NCBI GenBank assembly: GCA_950097015.1
Contig: CATNEN010000008.1
Location: forward strand, 744,001 to 808,000
Direction: 5' to 3'
Length of the DNA stretch: 64,000 nucleotides
From: Macrostomum hystrix
Lineage: Eukaryota; Animalia; Platyhelminthes
Part shown: one piece after another, positions 61,101 to 64,000 of the stretch
Position numbering within the stretch: the stretch's first letter is position 1
Layout of the letters: each line of letters starts with the position of its first letter
The notes under the pieces: generated by a model
What the model saw: the letters and a program-made list of their open reading frames with translations, nothing else
The model's database searches: none
Told to the model about the DNA's origin: nothing
Position numbers and translations under genes: made by a program

Positions 61101-61834
61101 TGTTCTTGATTTTCATGGCGGTTGGTTGAATATTTTGGGAGATACAAAAAAATGTGGGTACTCCCCGTGGTCTTTCTACTGTTCAAAGAAACAGGAAGCT
61201 GTGTCGATAGACACTGCTAATGCGGATAGACAGGACTGCTACAATACCTGCCCGGTGCCATGCATCAAAATTATCCGCCTAGTGGCGCTGATTGATCGAT
61301 TGGTTGCACAATTGCAGCATTCGTCAACGATCTAAAGGTCTAGACACCACAGAATACACACCGGGAGAGATCGGACTAGCTTCGGTGAACTGCGGAGTAA
61401 TATCCAAAGGCCTCTTTATTGAGAACAGAGGAACTGGGGCGTGAGCTGGAGAGGTTGTAACTGCATGTAATATTATACCATAATCAGTCAACAAGAGGAG
61501 CACAATCTAAGTGGATGGATACGCATGAAGTCATTGATCATTGCATTGCAATCTGCACAGCTTCAGATGCAATCACTGCGATTAAAAATATGCAACCCTG
61601 CTACAATATATAAAAATTATCATTCCCAAGAGTTAAGTGCACACTACACTAGTGCACACTAAACTGCTTTCAAATATTATGACCATGTACTGCACTTCAA
61701 AATAATTTTGCTTTACTCAACGCCTTTTTAGCTAGTAGCCATTTCAAAAAGAGTACATCATGATGTACTTCACGGAAATGACAGCTAGTAGCAAATAAAT
61801 GCATGGTTGCAAGACGGGTTTTAGCATAGTGTAG

Positions 61835-62012
61835 ATTGGGTTCTGACTTCACTGGAACAATTTGTGCCCATTGGAAAGACTACGTAACTCTGCTTTGCTT
61901 CAGTTCACCCAGCTTTAGAGTAGGTATGGCGTCCAGCCAGTCCATGGACTGAACAGCCGCACGCAGCCTCCGGCCCACATCTGGCCCAATCGGGTCAGGT
62001 GTAATGAATTAT
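61835..62012 (+). mobile_element. SINE family 1, 5'-degenerate copy
   Basis: cactggaacaatttgtg...cttcagttcacccagc...ccagtccatggactgaacagccgcacgcagcc...cacatctggcccaatcgggtcaggtgtaatg. Confidence 0.8.
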
Positions 62013-62154
62013 TCAGATTAATTAGTTAATTACATGAGACATACGACTCCGACATCCATAGAATGGTCTGGGAGGGTGAGAAGTTAACGGACAATCTGAG
62101 AGGAAAAATCACAAATAAAATAAAAACTAACCCAAATCTAACAATTAGGAGACC

Positions 62155-63625
62155 ACTTCTTTCCTGGAAATCAATCCCACTTCTTTCCTAGAAACCAATC
62201 CCAATTCTTACCTGGAAATCAATCCAACTTCTTACCTGGAAAACAATCACACTTCTTTCCTAGATATCCATCCCACTTCTTACCTGAAAACCAAGTCCAC
62301 TTCTTACCTGGAAATCAATCCTGCTTCTTTCCTGGAAACAATCCCACTTCTTTCCTGGAAACCAATCCCACTTCTTTCCTGGAAACAAATCCCACTTCTT
62401 TCCTGGAAACCAATCCCACTTCTTTCCAAGAAATCAATCCCACTTCTTACCTATACCTGGAAATCAATTCCACTTCTTTCCAGGAAATCAATCCCAATTC
62501 TATCCTGGAAATCAATTCCACTTCTTTCCAGGAAATCAATCCCAATTCTTTCCTGGAAATCAATTCCACTTCTTTTCAGGAAATCAATCCCAATTCTTTC
62601 CTGGAAATCAATTCCACTTCTTTCCAGGAAATCAATCCTACTTCTATCCTGGAATTCAATCCCACTTCTTACCTGGAAACCAATCCCAATTCTTACCTGG
62701 AAATCAATCCCACTTCTTTCCTGGAAAACAATCACACTTCTTTCCAAGAAATCAATCCCACTTCTTACCTATACCTGGAAATCTATTCCACTTCTGTCCA
62801 GGAAATCGATCCTACTTCTATCCTGGAAATCAATCTTACTTCTTTCCAGGAAATCAATCCTTCTTCTTTCCTGGAATTCAATCCCACTTCTTACCTGGAA
62901 ATCAATCCCAATTCTTACCTAGAAATTAATTTAACTTCTTACCTGGAAAACAATCACACTTCTTTCCTAGAAATCCATCCCACTTCTTACCTGAAAACCA
63001 AGTCCACTTCTTACCTGTAAATCAATCCCGCTTCTTTCCTGGAAATCAATCCCACTTTTTCCTGGAAACCAATCCCACTTCTTTCCTGGAAATCAATCCC
63101 ACTTGTATCCTGGAAATCAATCTTACTTCTTTCTAGGAAATCAATCCTACTTCTTTCCTGGAATTCGATCACTCTTCTTACCTGGTAATCAATCCAAATT
63201 TGTTACCTGGAAATCAATCCCGCTTTTTTCCTGGAAAACAATGCCACTTCGTACCTGGAAATTAATCTTACTTCGTTCCTGGAAATCAATCCCACTTCTT
63301 TCCTAGAAAACAATGCCCCTTCTTACCTGAAAACCAACTCCACTTCTTACCTGGAAATTAATCCCACTTGTATCCTGGAAATCAATCCCACTTCTTTCTT
63401 GGAAATCAATTCCACTTCTTTCCAGGAAATCAATCCCACTCCTTTCTTGGAAATCAATTCCACTTCTTTCCAGGAAATCAATCCCACTTCTTACCTATAC
63501 CTGGAAATCAATGCCACTTCTTACCTGGAAATCAATCCCGATTCTTTCCTGGAAAACAACGCCACTTCGTACCTGGAAATTAATCTCACTTCTTTCCTGG
63601 AAATCAATCCCAATTCTACCTGGAA
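62155..63625. repeat. 24-bp degenerate minisatellite, ~60 copies
   Basis: Unit ctggaaatcaatcccacttctttc. Confidence 0.93.
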
Positions 63626-64000
63626 ACCAATCATACTTCTTACATATTATTCTACAATTCACCTCTAGCCTAGGCACCTGATGAGCAACTCCGATTCTAT
63701 TTTCAGCTCATTTTGTGTGTGTCACTTGTATCACAAATTAAACGGCTACAAACAGCAAAACTAAAATAGTAATTTTCTACTCATAGCCTCAAAGGCAAAG
63801 AAAATAAAAATGTCGGAAACTATTAGGGTTAAACAGATGTTTCAATTTTCTCAGGGCAAGCACAAATTATAACGCATTGAACGAAAAAAAACAGGAAAGG
63901 TAGCAGAAACTCAGTCCGAATGTACTAATTCACTGACAACTGTTCGGCTCGATTTTTTTACAATACGATAAATACAGGTGTCGCTGGGATGCATTTTTGT

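Noticed and set aside
59340-61335. Short ORFs (VYYGKT GIY-YIG-like; 112-aa ORF at 60997)
   Set aside because: No recognisable family motifs beyond chance, and no splice-compatible gene model.

Overview
Eukaryotic (metazoan) genomic DNA, not prokaryotic. It has GT-AG introns, GC-rich exons with poly-Gln/Ala tracts, and AT-rich, repeat-packed introns and intergenic DNA. The style suggests a flatworm such as Macrostomum, but that is inference only. Four protein-coding genes can be assembled by hand: (1) the 3' part of a receptor-type guanylate cyclase (+, 7 exons, <1-8756); (2) PPIP5K/Vip1 (-, 11 coding exons, 12286-25905), with a +1 indel in a conserved motif; (3) a single-exon secreted LRR protein (+, 36764-38005) with a GPI-like tail in a shifted frame; (4) cathepsin A-like serine carboxypeptidase (+, 56509-58127) with a +1 shift in a long linker carrying two RQKR sites. 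Mobile DNA includes about 10 pieces of a tRNA/CORE-type SINE, a second tRNA-SINE, an internally deleted Tc1 (DD34E), a decayed mariner (DD34D), a hAT MITE with an 8-bp TSD, and a head-to-tail Helitron-type array interrupted by an 8-kb 23-bp satellite with a 1717-bp higher-order repeat. About 20 distinct minisatellites are present, one or more in nearly every intron. I found no CRISPR array, rRNA or bona fide tRNA gene, and no clearly new biological system. The best leads are the Helitron/satellite composite, the convertase-site linker in cathepsin A, and the SINE family with a conserved palindrome. All coordinates were read by eye, and repeat boundaries are approximate.
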